Assembly: GCA_017466625.1 (NCBI GenBank)
Contig: JAFTTT010000047.1
Location: 1-45,246, forward strand
Reading direction: 5' to 3'
Source: Clostridia bacterium
GTDB lineage: Bacteria; Bacillota; Clostridia; Oscillospirales; CAG-272
DNA length: 45,246 bases
Made by a program: the position numbers and the translations under genes. The first letter of the stretch is position 1; each line of letters starts with the position of its first letter. The notes beneath the pieces were generated by a model. The model did no database searches, was not told the origin of the DNA, and worked only from the letters and a program-made list of their open reading frames with translations. This document shows positions 9,212 to 19,052 of the stretch, piece after piece.

Positions 9212-9371
9212 AGGGGGACTCCCCCTTTTTTCTTTTTCGTTTGTGAACACGAAACGACAGAATTTGTCGAAATTCAACAGAAAAAATCGTGATTTTGGCA
9301 AAAAAATCTCGTAATTTTATGTTTATTATTAACAAAATCGGCGGAAAAGTTAAAAAATTGTGAAATATGTA

Positions 9372-9399
9372 TTGACAAACTGTTCTTTAGTGGTATAAT
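9372..9399 (+). promoter_or_regulatory. SigA promoter
   Basis: TTGACA-N16-TATAAT with TGn extension. Confidence 0.8.
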
Positions 9400-9426
9400 T
9401 ATTGTAACCATTGTCGGAGGAGTACG

Positions 9427-9966
9427 TTGTTTCCCGAACTCATTTTAGCAGCAAAAAACGGCGATGAAGGCGCGTTTTCAGAGCTTTGCGATAAGTATAA
9501 GCCCCTGATTGAGAATATGACCGACAGATACATTGCGCGTCTGAACGCTATAATCCAAGACAAGGACGACCTGCGCCAGGAGGCGACGGTTGCCTTTTAT
9601 CGCGCCGTGACGACCTACGATATGAGTCAGGACAAGGTGTCCTTCGGGCTTTATGCAAAGATCTGCATAAAGAACAGAATGGTTTCGCTTATACGCCGTG
9701 CAAACAAAAAATCGTCGCCCAAAACGGTCAGCTCCCAAAAGGAAGAGGGAAAGCGTATCGGAGACAGGTTTTTTGATTTCGGCGAGCTTATTTCCGTGTC
9801 GGAGCGGATAATGAGCAAAAGGGAAGCGCTCGTGTTCTCCCTTTACATCGGCGGTAAGACGTATAAAGAAATATCCGAGCTTCTCAAGGTATCCGAGAAG
9901 TCGGTCGATAACGCGCTGTTCCGCGCCAAGTCGAAGATCAAGAGATACTATTCTGATATGCCCTGA
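9427..9966 (+). CDS. sigH: RNA polymerase sigma factor, SigH-like
   Basis: AKNGD..AF, DDL.QEA, SF..YA..CI, G.TYKEI..., KSVDNAL.R; TTG start with GGAGG RBS. Confidence 0.72.
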   Translation: MFPELILAAKNGDEGAFSELCDKYKPLIENMTDRYIARLNAIIQDKDDLRQEATVAFYRAVTTYDMSQDKVSFGLYAKICIKNRMVSLIRRANKKSSPKTVSSQKEEGKRIGDRFFDFGELISVSERIMSKREALVFSLYIGGKTYKEISELLKVSEKSVDNALFRAKSKIKRYYSDMP

Positions 9967-10094
9967 TAGCTTAAGTAAAGCGTTGTATCAATTTTGAATT
10001 TTTAGTTTTAATTTTTTGAATGTTGAAGCAAAGATGGCGGTGACACCCCGTCCGAGGGCAAAAAATATTTACCACATTAAAGCGAGGTAGCAAA

Positions 10095-10370
10095 ATGTAC
10101 GAAGACAAGACTCTTAAGTGTAAAGACTGCGGAAACGAGTTCGTTTTCACCGCAGGCGAGCAGGAGTTCTATGCAGAGCGCGGCTTCCAGAACGAGCCGC
10201 AGAGATGCAAGCCCTGCCGTGATGCACGAAAGAATGCCGGTCAGGCAAGAAAGGAATACTTCACTGCTGTTTGTGCAAACTGCGGCGGCGAAGCAAAAGT
10301 TCCGTTCGAGCCCAAGAACGACAGACCCGTATACTGCAGCGAGTGCTACGCTGCCATGAAGCAGCAGTAA
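10095..10370 (+). CDS. zinc-ribbon protein (zf-trcl plus CxxC-x17-CxxC)
   Basis: DKTLKCKDCG.EF.FT.GEQEFY, PQRCKPCR, CANCG...VPF.P...RPVYCSEC. Confidence 0.92.
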   Translation: MYEDKTLKCKDCGNEFVFTAGEQEFYAERGFQNEPQRCKPCRDARKNAGQARKEYFTAVCANCGGEAKVPFEPKNDRPVYCSECYAAMKQQ

Positions 10371-10413
10371 TTGCCTCATTCCGGGTGTCCCGAAGAACAA
10401 TGTTTTTCAAGAT

Positions 10414-10444
10414 AGAATCCGACCTCGGTCGGATTTTCTCTTTT
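10414..10444 (+). terminator. intrinsic terminator
   Basis: AATCCGACC-TC-GGTCGGATT followed by a T-rich tail. Confidence 0.75.
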
Positions 10445-10447
10445 CTA

Positions 10448-10476
10448 TTGCATTTTTTTGATAAATGTTATATAAT
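10448..10476 (+). promoter_or_regulatory. SigA promoter
   Basis: TTGCAT-N17-TATAAT. Confidence 0.65.
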
Positions 10477-10522
10477 GTTACGGTAGCCCCGCATGGGCAA
10501 TATTGAAAGGATCGCTTTTCAA

Positions 10523-11341
10523 ATGGCTAAAAGAAACAGAAATATAAATTACGGTCCGATTCTCCTTTCCTTTACGGCAATATTCGCCGTTATCGGAATG
10601 ATATTCGAGACCTTGGCAATACTTTTCGGATACGACGCAAATATGCGCGTTTTCAAGCTCGGAAGCAAGGTTGCGACTGCATCGGTCGCGGCGCTGTTCA
10701 TTCTTTCGATCGCTACGATAACGCTTGCAATATGCGTCGGAAAGCTCGGAAAGATGAAAACGAGAGTGCCCAACAGCGGACTTGCAGACGTCATTTCCAC
10801 CGTCGGTGGCTTTGCGCTGGCGGCTTCGTCGGTGCTGCTGCTTGCAGAGTCGTGGGGATCAAAGATAGACGAAGCGGGAGCGCTCAGGGCCTTTACCGTC
10901 ATTCTCGTCATAGTTTCTATCCCTACTGCGCTGTACTTCGTGCTCGGAACGGAGCGAAGAGACCGTCTTTCGACCTTCCTTTCCTTCTTCCCGCCGCTTT
11001 GGAACGCCGCGTGTCTTATCCGCCTTTACTTCGACTCCGAGACGGCAGTCAACGACCCGGTAAGAATACTTCTTCAGATCACACTCGTTGCCGTTATGCT
11101 CGCGCTTATGTATGAGCTCAAGCTTAAGGTGAGAGGAACGGGACATATTATGCTCACAGTTACCGCGCCGGTCGCAACCGTGCTTTCCTGCGCGTCGTTT
11201 ACGTCGATAATACTTCTTTACCTCATCGTGAAGGTCGGAAGCGTGGCAAACGTGCTCCTTTCGGCAGGTACGCTTCTTCTTTCGCTCTACCTTATGACGC
11301 GTCTTGGCGCATACTACGAGTTGCCAAAAGACAGAGACTAA
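10523..11341 (+). CDS. multi-pass membrane hypothetical protein
   Basis: about 8 hydrophobic segments; start MAKRN after a GAAAGG RBS. Confidence 0.78.
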   Translation: MAKRNRNINYGPILLSFTAIFAVIGMIFETLAILFGYDANMRVFKLGSKVATASVAALFILSIATITLAICVGKLGKMKTRVPNSGLADVISTVGGFALAASSVLLLAESWGSKIDEAGALRAFTVILVIVSIPTALYFVLGTERRDRLSTFLSFFPPLWNAACLIRLYFDSETAVNDPVRILLQITLVAVMLALMYELKLKVRGTGHIMLTVTAPVATVLSCASFTSIILLYLIVKVGSVANVLLSAGTLLLSLYLMTRLGAYYELPKDRD

Positions 11342-11343
11342 TT

Positions 11344-11673
11344 AAAAATCCACCCATAACGGTAGTTGCGATAAGGGATTATCGCAGCTACAATGAAATA
11401 TTACCTAACGGTAATATGAAATATTTCCTTGCGGAAATGTGAAATATTGCTATCGCAATATGATATATGCCCTTCGGGCATATTATGGTAAAAAATGATC
11501 CGTTGCATTTTTGCAACGGATCATTTTTATTCCTTAATATTTTCGCGGAAAATATTTCATAGGCGAAGCCTATTTCATACGACGCCAGTCGTATTTCATC
11601 AATTTGCTTTGCAAATTGATTTCATTGTAGGTTGAGCTTGTTCTTAAGCTCAACCTACTAAGGGTGGATTTTT
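11344..11673. repeat. 330-bp composite palindromic element: two inverted five-hairpin modules around a central hairpin
   Basis: outer inverted repeat AAAAATCCACCC/GGGTGGATTTTT; each arm is GTAG-hairpin-CTAC-AAT followed by 4x(GAA + hairpin). Confidence 0.85.
11491..11528. terminator. bidirectional terminator at the centre of the element
   Basis: perfect 17-bp stem AAAAATGATCCGTTGCA-TTTT-TGCAACGGATCATTTTT. Confidence 0.75.
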
Positions 11674-11690
11674 TGTACTTTTAACGTTGA

Positions 11691-12671
11691 TTACGGCTTT
11701 TTATTCTCCTTGCGCCATTTTGATGGCGAAACTCCGTAGCGCTCGCGAAAACGTCGATGGAAAAAGCTGTTGTTGTCGTAACCGACGGCCTCGGCGATTT
11801 CAGTCACGGGGAGCTCCGAATGGAGAAGCAGCTGCTCGGCTTCGGAAAAACGCCGCTCGCAGACGAGCTCGGTAAAGGTCGCGCCAAACATCTCCTTTAT
11901 GCGCTTGCTGACGTACGGCTCTGACATCGACAAGCTCGATGCAAGCTCGGAAAGCGACGCGCTTTTGTAAAAGCTCTGAACGTACGCGCCGATCTTCTCT
12001 CTTATCGGATCGCGCTCAAGTCCGCCCGACGAGGAAAAGATCAGCATTTCGGGCTTCGCTTCAAAATGACGGAGCAAAAGCGAAAGCGTCTCGCGGAGTA
12101 TGCCCTTCGGCGTGTCGGCCTCAAAGACGCTCTGGCAGATGAGGTTTTCGATAAGCACCTTCGCGTACGGGTTACTGTCAACGTCGTATATGAGAAAACG
12201 GCCGTCACCGTTTTCCCTTTCCTCCTGCTCGGCAAAATCACGGAGTGACGGGTCGCCCCTGAAGCGCGCCGCCGCAATGCCGACGTAATCGGAGGAAACT
12301 ATGAGATTTACGGCAATATCGTTCTCACCCGACGCCTTTATTGCGTGGGAAAGATGGCGGTTCATCATAATAAGCTGACCCTCCTTTACCGAGAAGGTCT
12401 TTCCGCTTATTAGATGGATTATCTCGCCGCGGACGACGTACATTATCTCAATATAGTTGTGTGAATGGATCGGTATGTCGATAAAGCGCGTGTGAGGACG
12501 CGCGGAGACGGTCTTTGACGGGTCGATGACGTTGTAAATATAATCGCGTCGGCGGAGAGGCATATTGGCAAATACCGCCTCGGCGCCTGATGCCATGTCG
12601 TGATCCTTCGATAAGACCGACATTTCGTTTTCGCTGATAGCGGAAAGCCGTCTGATGATGCTGTCCTTCAT
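11691..12671 (-). CDS. AraC family regulator (cupin plus HTH), probable rhamnose regulator
   Basis: HSHNYIEIMYV cupin; IAEAVGYDNNSFF.R.F...YG.SP..WR; divergent from rhaBAD. Confidence 0.9.
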   Translation of the reverse strand: MKDSIIRRLSAISENEMSVLSKDHDMASGAEAVFANMPLRRRDYIYNVIDPSKTVSARPHTRFIDIPIHSHNYIEIMYVVRGEIIHLISGKTFSVKEGQLIMMNRHLSHAIKASGENDIAVNLIVSSDYVGIAAARFRGDPSLRDFAEQEERENGDGRFLIYDVDSNPYAKVLIENLICQSVFEADTPKGILRETLSLLLRHFEAKPEMLIFSSSGGLERDPIREKIGAYVQSFYKSASLSELASSLSMSEPYVSKRIKEMFGATFTELVCERRFSEAEQLLLHSELPVTEIAEAVGYDNNSFFHRRFRERYGVSPSKWRKENKKP

Positions 12672-12827
12672 TTTTTCCTCCCAAAGTGCTTCTGAAGCCA
12701 TTTTACCACACGCGGACGCCAATATCAACAGGAAATATTAAAAAAGAACGTAAAAAAGCGTAAAATATGTTCTTTTATATTATTTTCGTTATGGTATACT
12801 TAAAGTAGAAATAACTCGGAGGACGGT

Positions 12828-14216
12828 ATGTATTATCTTGCGATAGACATCGGAGCGTCGAGCGGACGACATATTATAGGAACCTATGAAAACGGGAAAA
12901 TAATAACGGAGGAGCTCTACCGCTTCCCGAACGGCATGAAAAAGAACGAAAGCGGCACTCTTGTCTGGGATACTGAATCGCTTTTTCAACATATAAAAAC
13001 GGGCATAAAGGCGTGCGTTGCCAAGGGTAAAAGCCCCGATTATATAGGCATCGACACCTGGGGCGTCGACTTCGTTCTGCTCGATAAGGACGGCAAAAGG
13101 GTATCAGACGCGGTCGGTTACAGGGATAAACGTACCGAGGGAATGGATGCGGAGCTATATAAGACGGTTCCCGAAAAGGAGCTTTACCGGCGCACCGGAA
13201 TACAGAAGGCGATATTCAATACGGTGTATCAGCTTCAGTATCTTAAGACCAACTGCCCCGATCAGCTTGAAAAAGCCGAAACGTTTCTTATGATGCCCGA
13301 TTATCTGTCGTATCTCATGACGGGAATTGCCTGCTCGGAGTATACGAACGCAACCACGGGTCAGCTCGTGCGAGCAGGAGAAAAGGACTGGGATTACGAG
13401 CTCATTGAGCGTATCGGGATCCCGACTAAAATATTCGGAAGCTTGAAAATGCCGGGTCATATCGTCGGAGCTCTCAGTGACGAGGTGAAGGAAGAAACGG
13501 GCGCGCTGAACGCGAAGGTGATCCTTCCCCCGACTCACGACACCGCGTCAGCCGTCGCGGCGGTTCCGAGTAATGAGGAGGATATAATCTATATCAGCTC
13601 GGGAACCTGGTCGCTTATCGGCGTTGAGAGAAGCGATCCCGACTGCTCCGAGCGCAGTATGAGACATAATTTCACAAACGAGGGCGGCATCTTCGGCCGT
13701 TACCGTTACCTCAAAAACATAACGGGACTGTGGATGATACAGTCGATGAAAAAGGAGCTCCCCGATGGTTATACCTTCGACAAGCTCTGTAATATGGCGA
13801 AGGAATACGATAATACGCCTCTGCGCCTCGATCCGAACGACGCGCGCTTCACGGCACCCGAGAGCATGATAAACGAGGTCAAAAACGCTCTCGGCAAGCC
13901 CGATATTTCGCTCGGCGAAATGTTCGCGGCAGTCTATCACAGTCTCGCCGACGCCTACAAAAAGGCATCAGACGAGCTCGAAGAACTGCTCGGACGGGAA
14001 ATGAAGGCAATACATATCGTCGGCGGCGGAAGCAAGGACGAATACCTCTGCGCTCTTACCGCATCGGCAACGGGCAAGCCCGTTTACGCAGGCCCGTCCG
14101 AGGCGACGGCAATAGGAAACCTCATTTCCCAAATGCTGTCAACGGGAGTTTTCGGGTCACTTTCCGAGGCGAGAAACGCAGTATATGAAAGCTTTAACGT
14201 AAGGAGAATAATATGA
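12828..14216 (+). CDS. rhaB: rhamnulokinase
   Basis: LAIDIGASSGR, GIDTWGVD, HDTASAV, SSGTWSL, FTNEGG. Confidence 0.95.
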   Translation: MYYLAIDIGASSGRHIIGTYENGKIITEELYRFPNGMKKNESGTLVWDTESLFQHIKTGIKACVAKGKSPDYIGIDTWGVDFVLLDKDGKRVSDAVGYRDKRTEGMDAELYKTVPEKELYRRTGIQKAIFNTVYQLQYLKTNCPDQLEKAETFLMMPDYLSYLMTGIACSEYTNATTGQLVRAGEKDWDYELIERIGIPTKIFGSLKMPGHIVGALSDEVKEETGALNAKVILPPTHDTASAVAAVPSNEEDIIYISSGTWSLIGVERSDPDCSERSMRHNFTNEGGIFGRYRYLKNITGLWMIQSMKKELPDGYTFDKLCNMAKEYDNTPLRLDPNDARFTAPESMINEVKNALGKPDISLGEMFAAVYHSLADAYKKASDELEELLGREMKAIHIVGGGSKDEYLCALTASATGKPVYAGPSEATAIGNLISQMLSTGVFGSLSEARNAVYESFNVRRII

Positions 14217-15460
14217 GTACAGTTTATGAAGCGGCAAAAAAACGCTACGCGGAATTCGGCATCGATACCGAAAAGGTAATGTCTGACCTTGCAAAAGCCG
14301 AGATATCGGTGCATTGCTGGCAGGGAGACGACGTCGGCGGCTTTGACAGTCCCGACGCGCTTTCGGGCGGCATTCAGGCAACGGGAAACTATCCGGGTAA
14401 GGCAAGAACGCCCGACGAGCTTATGGCGGATATCGACAAGGCGCTTTCCCTCGTCCCCGGCGCGCATAAGCTTAATCTTCACGCCTGCTACGCAATATTT
14501 GAGGACGGCGAATTTGCAGACAGAGACGCCCTCGAGCCCAAGCACTTCAAAAAATGGGTCGATTTTGCAAACGAAAGAGGTCTCGGTATCGACTTCAACC
14601 CGACCTTCTTCTCTCACCCCAAGGCGGCAGAATTTACGCTTTCCTCGCCCGACGAGGAGATAAGAAAATTCTGGGTGCGCCACGGCATCGCGTGTATAAG
14701 AATATCGGAATATTTTGCCGAAATGACGGGCAAGGTGTCGGTCATGAATATATGGATCCCCGACGGCTATAAGGATATTCCCGCTGATCGAATCGGCCCG
14801 CGTGCGCGCTTCAAGAAGTCGCTCGACGAGATCATCGGCTGCGGCTACGACAAGGAAAAGGTCTACGTCTGCCTTGAAAGCAAGGTGTTCGGCATCGGTC
14901 TTGAGTCCTATACGGTCGGCTCGGCTGAATTTACGCTCGGCTACGCGCAGGCGAACGGACTCGTACCGCTTATGGATAACGGTCACTACCACCCGACCGA
15001 GGTCGTGTCTGATAAGATATCGTCGCTTCTGCTTCTTAATAAGAAGCTCGCGCTCCATATAACGAGAAGCGTACGCTGGGACTCCGACCACGTCGTCCGT
15101 TACGACGACGAAACGAAGGAGATCGCAAAGGAGATCGTTGCAAGCGGAAGAATGGGTGACATCGCAATGGCACTCGACTTCTTCGACGCGTCGATAAACC
15201 GAATTGCCGCATGGGTCATCGGCATTCGCTCCTTCCGTAAGGCGCTCTTAAGCGCTATGCTGACGCCGCACGCGGCATTTACCGAGCTTCAGAACAAAGG
15301 CGAAATGACGAAGCTTATGATGCTCCAGGAGGAGATAAAGATGCTTCCCGTGGGCGCAGTTTGGGAAGAGTTCTGCCGACGCAATAACGTTCCGGCAGAC
15401 GCTTCATGGTTTTGCGAGATAGAAAAATACGAAAAGGAAGTCCTTTCAAAGAGGGGATGA
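14213..15460 (+). CDS. rhaA: L-rhamnose isomerase
   Basis: HCWQGDDV.GF, TGNYPGKAR, DFNPTFFSHP, RWDSDHVV, LDFFDASINR. Confidence 0.96.
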   Translation: MSTVYEAAKKRYAEFGIDTEKVMSDLAKAEISVHCWQGDDVGGFDSPDALSGGIQATGNYPGKARTPDELMADIDKALSLVPGAHKLNLHACYAIFEDGEFADRDALEPKHFKKWVDFANERGLGIDFNPTFFSHPKAAEFTLSSPDEEIRKFWVRHGIACIRISEYFAEMTGKVSVMNIWIPDGYKDIPADRIGPRARFKKSLDEIIGCGYDKEKVYVCLESKVFGIGLESYTVGSAEFTLGYAQANGLVPLMDNGHYHPTEVVSDKISSLLLLNKKLALHITRSVRWDSDHVVRYDDETKEIAKEIVASGRMGDIAMALDFFDASINRIAAWVIGIRSFRKALLSAMLTPHAAFTELQNKGEMTKLMMLQEEIKMLPVGAVWEEFCRRNNVPADASWFCEIEKYEKEVLSKRG

Positions 15461-15470
15461 GGATAAAGAT

Positions 15471-16286
15471 ATGAAAAACATTTTAGAAGCACCGTTTATT
15501 TGCGAAATGAGAAACACCACCGCCAATATGTACCGTCTCGGCTGGGACGAGCGCAACGGCGGAAACATAAGCTGTCTGCTCACCGAGGACGAGGTCGGAG
15601 AGTATCTTGACACCGATAAGGTGATAAGAACGATTCCGATCGGCTTCAAGGCAGACGAGCTCATCGGAAAATATTTCCTCGTAACGGGCACGGGAAAATA
15701 TTTCAAGAACGTTGACGGCGATCCCGAAAACAACCTCGGAATCATCCGTATAGCGAAGGACGGAGAGACGGCAGAGCTTCTTTGGGGCTATAAGGACGGC
15801 GGACGCTTCACGAGCGAGCTTCCCGCGCATCTTATGTCGCATATTGAGCGTCTCAAGGCGGATCCCGAAAACCGCATCGTAATGCACACTCACCCGACGA
15901 ATACCGTCGCCATGACCCATATCCATTCCCTTGACGATAAGGAGTTCACACGCACGATCTGGGGAACCTGCACCGAGTGTATAGTGGTATTCCCCGAGGG
16001 CATCGGCGTGCTTCCGTGGATGGTCTGCGGAAACAACGAGATAGGCGTTGCGACGGCTGAAAAGATGAAGGATTACCGCCTTGTCGTCTGGGCACAGCAC
16101 GGCATCTACGGCGCAGGCAAGACCTTCGACGAGACCTTCGGTCTTATCGAGACCGTCGAAAAGGGCGCAGAGCTTTATATGAAGTACGCGCTTTTCCCGA
16201 TCGTAAACAGAATCACCGACGACGACCTTCGCGCACTCGCGAAGCAGTTCGGACTCAATTACAGAACCGATTTTCTTGATGAATGA
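15471..16286 (+). CDS. rhaD: rhamnulose-1-phosphate aldolase
   Basis: GWDERNGGNIS, TSELPAH, MHTHPT, W..HG, FGLIETVEK. Confidence 0.96.
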   Translation: MKNILEAPFICEMRNTTANMYRLGWDERNGGNISCLLTEDEVGEYLDTDKVIRTIPIGFKADELIGKYFLVTGTGKYFKNVDGDPENNLGIIRIAKDGETAELLWGYKDGGRFTSELPAHLMSHIERLKADPENRIVMHTHPTNTVAMTHIHSLDDKEFTRTIWGTCTECIVVFPEGIGVLPWMVCGNNEIGVATAEKMKDYRLVVWAQHGIYGAGKTFDETFGLIETVEKGAELYMKYALFPIVNRITDDDLRALAKQFGLNYRTDFLDE

Positions 16287-16288
16287 TT

Positions 16289-16319
16289 AAAAGCCATTCG
16301 CTACTGCGAATGGCTTTTT
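16289..16319. terminator. bidirectional terminator
   Basis: AAAAGCCATTCGC-TACT-GCGAATGGCTTTTT; overlaps the stop of the convergent ORF. Confidence 0.82.
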
Positions 16320-16609
16320 CTTTTATGTTCTTTGATTCCGCATTCAAGCGCAAGGCAGATCGGCCCGAGTGAAAACAGCATAAGAAAGGGAAGGACTGCG
16401 CGTTTAAGATACACGGGAAGCGACATTATGAAGGTCTTGGACGGTCTTTCCTTGCTGACGCCGTTGATGCTGTTATCGACGACGTTTTCGTCCTTTTCGA
16501 CGGTCAATTCGCGGTCTATGACCTTATCCTCGGTCAGATGCATGGCGTAAGTCGGCAAGGCGAGGGCGAAAATCAAAATAAAGGGGATAATAAGCTTAAT
16601 CATCTTCAT
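16301..16609 (-). CDS. small hypothetical protein (signal peptide plus C-terminal TM)
   Basis: GGAGG RBS; overlaps the end of the upstream membrane gene. Confidence 0.6.
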   Translation of the reverse strand: MKMIKLIIPFILIFALALPTYAMHLTEDKVIDRELTVEKDENVVDNSINGVSKERPSKTFIMSLPVYLKRAVLPFLMLFSLGPICLALECGIKEHKRKSHSQ

Positions 16610-17672
16610 TTTCGTATACCTCCGTTTTCTCAGATCCGGTCAGAAACGGCATTTCAGCCGATATTACGATCATTATGAGCGAGGCGGAAACAAGAAGCAT
16701 CGAAATATCCTTGAAGCCGATGAAAAGCGAGAGCGTTTGACCGAGATATGAGGACGCCGACATTATGGCAAATGAAAACGCGGGATGCTTCGGCATAAGC
16801 CGGGTAAACGCCGTAACGGTCGGTGCAAGCGACATTGAAAGCAAGAACAGTCCGAGAAGCGAAAGCCGCTTGTCGTCGGAGCAGAAGAAGATGAGCAGCG
16901 TTCCTCCGAAGGCGGATGCGGCGACGGTCGTGACGCGCCCGATAAGGTCGGAAATGAATCCGCCGATGGCGCGTCCGAGCCCCATCATAAGGAGGAGCTG
17001 AAACTGCGTCTTGAAGTACACGTTCCAGGTGAAATGGAACGACGAAAATTCGTAGGAAAGGAATAGATACGCGAGGGGCAAAAACAGAAGAGAGAGATGC
17101 AAAAACGGCACTTTTTCGGCAGTTTTTTGCTCGTAAAACACCGTTTTCGTGCCGTTTTCGGGCGCATTTTCGTACTTATCCGAGGGTATCGCGAAAATCA
17201 TAAGCAGAGGCGCGAAGAAGTGACCCGCGAAGCCGGCGAAGCTCGCGCAGGCGATGCCGATACCGCTTCCGCCGAGAAGGAGCCCAATCTCGCGGCTTTT
17301 CCCTTGTGAGCGCGATAGGATAGACGAGGACGCGAATGCGTAAAAGCACGCGCTTCCGAGTCCGAGAAGCACGACCTTAAGATCTATCCCGAAATCGGTC
17401 GGCAGATAGTATCCGAGCACGGTGAGCAGCGCTGAAAGACGGACGCCCGTGTGCTTATTTTCGACCTTTTCGGCAAAAACGGAGAATAAGCTCATCATTC
17501 CGACTGATACTATGTTGAAAAGTATTATCAGCATAGATCTGCGGTCGTAGCTTATCTTATCCGAAAGATGGTCGAATATCACTGCGTGGCATACCGACGA
17601 GAGGCACAAGCTCATAAGAGCATACCGCAGAGCTATTGATGAATTTGACGTTTTCGGTTTGTATGCTTTCAT
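16596..17672 (-). CDS. MFS-like multi-pass membrane protein
   Basis: about 12 TM segments in two halves; GGFISDLIGR resembles MFS motif A. Confidence 0.72.
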   Translation of the reverse strand: MKAYKPKTSNSSIALRYALMSLCLSSVCHAVIFDHLSDKISYDRRSMLIILFNIVSVGMMSLFSVFAEKVENKHTGVRLSALLTVLGYYLPTDFGIDLKVVLLGLGSACFYAFASSSILSRSQGKSREIGLLLGGSGIGIACASFAGFAGHFFAPLLMIFAIPSDKYENAPENGTKTVFYEQKTAEKVPFLHLSLLFLPLAYLFLSYEFSSFHFTWNVYFKTQFQLLLMMGLGRAIGGFISDLIGRVTTVAASAFGGTLLIFFCSDDKRLSLLGLFLLSMSLAPTVTAFTRLMPKHPAFSFAIMSASSYLGQTLSLFIGFKDISMLLVSASLIMIVISAEMPFLTGSEKTEVYENEDD

Positions 17673-17699
17673 GCTCGACCTCCTCTTTTTGATAGGAAT

Positions 17700-17728
17700 A
17701 TTATACATAAACCGTTCGGTTTTGTCAA
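17700..17728 (-). promoter_or_regulatory. consensus SigA promoter
   Basis: minus strand TTGACA-N17-TATAAT. Confidence 0.82.
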
Positions 17729-17787
17729 CACGGCGTATATATTGCGTAAATTTATATTATAAAGTTTATTAAGTTAATATAAAAGTG

Positions 17788-17816
17788 TTGAAAATGCGGG
17801 GAAATTGGTGTATAAT
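17788..17816 (+). promoter_or_regulatory. SigA promoter of the upp operon
   Basis: TTGAAA-N17-TATAAT. Confidence 0.75.
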
Positions 17817-17827
17817 CAAGAAGATAA

Positions 17828-18966
<1,139 letters not shown>

Positions 18967-19052
18967 CCGAATCCGTTGCGTTCGGAAAACCCCGAAGATC
19001 TGACGGCGGTGAAATAACTGCAACATCAATATTAAAATCGGTCGTATGACCT

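Noticed and set aside
10077-10400. 107-aa minus-strand ORF
   Set aside because: Antisense shadow of the zinc-ribbon gene.
11392-11626. Mini-CRISPR interpretation of the hairpin array
   Set aside because: The constant part is only about 7 nt, the variable parts are themselves palindromes, and there are no cas genes.
18999-19016. Hammerhead-like CTGACG...GAAA
   Set aside because: CTGACGG does not match CUGAnGA and no stem II can form.
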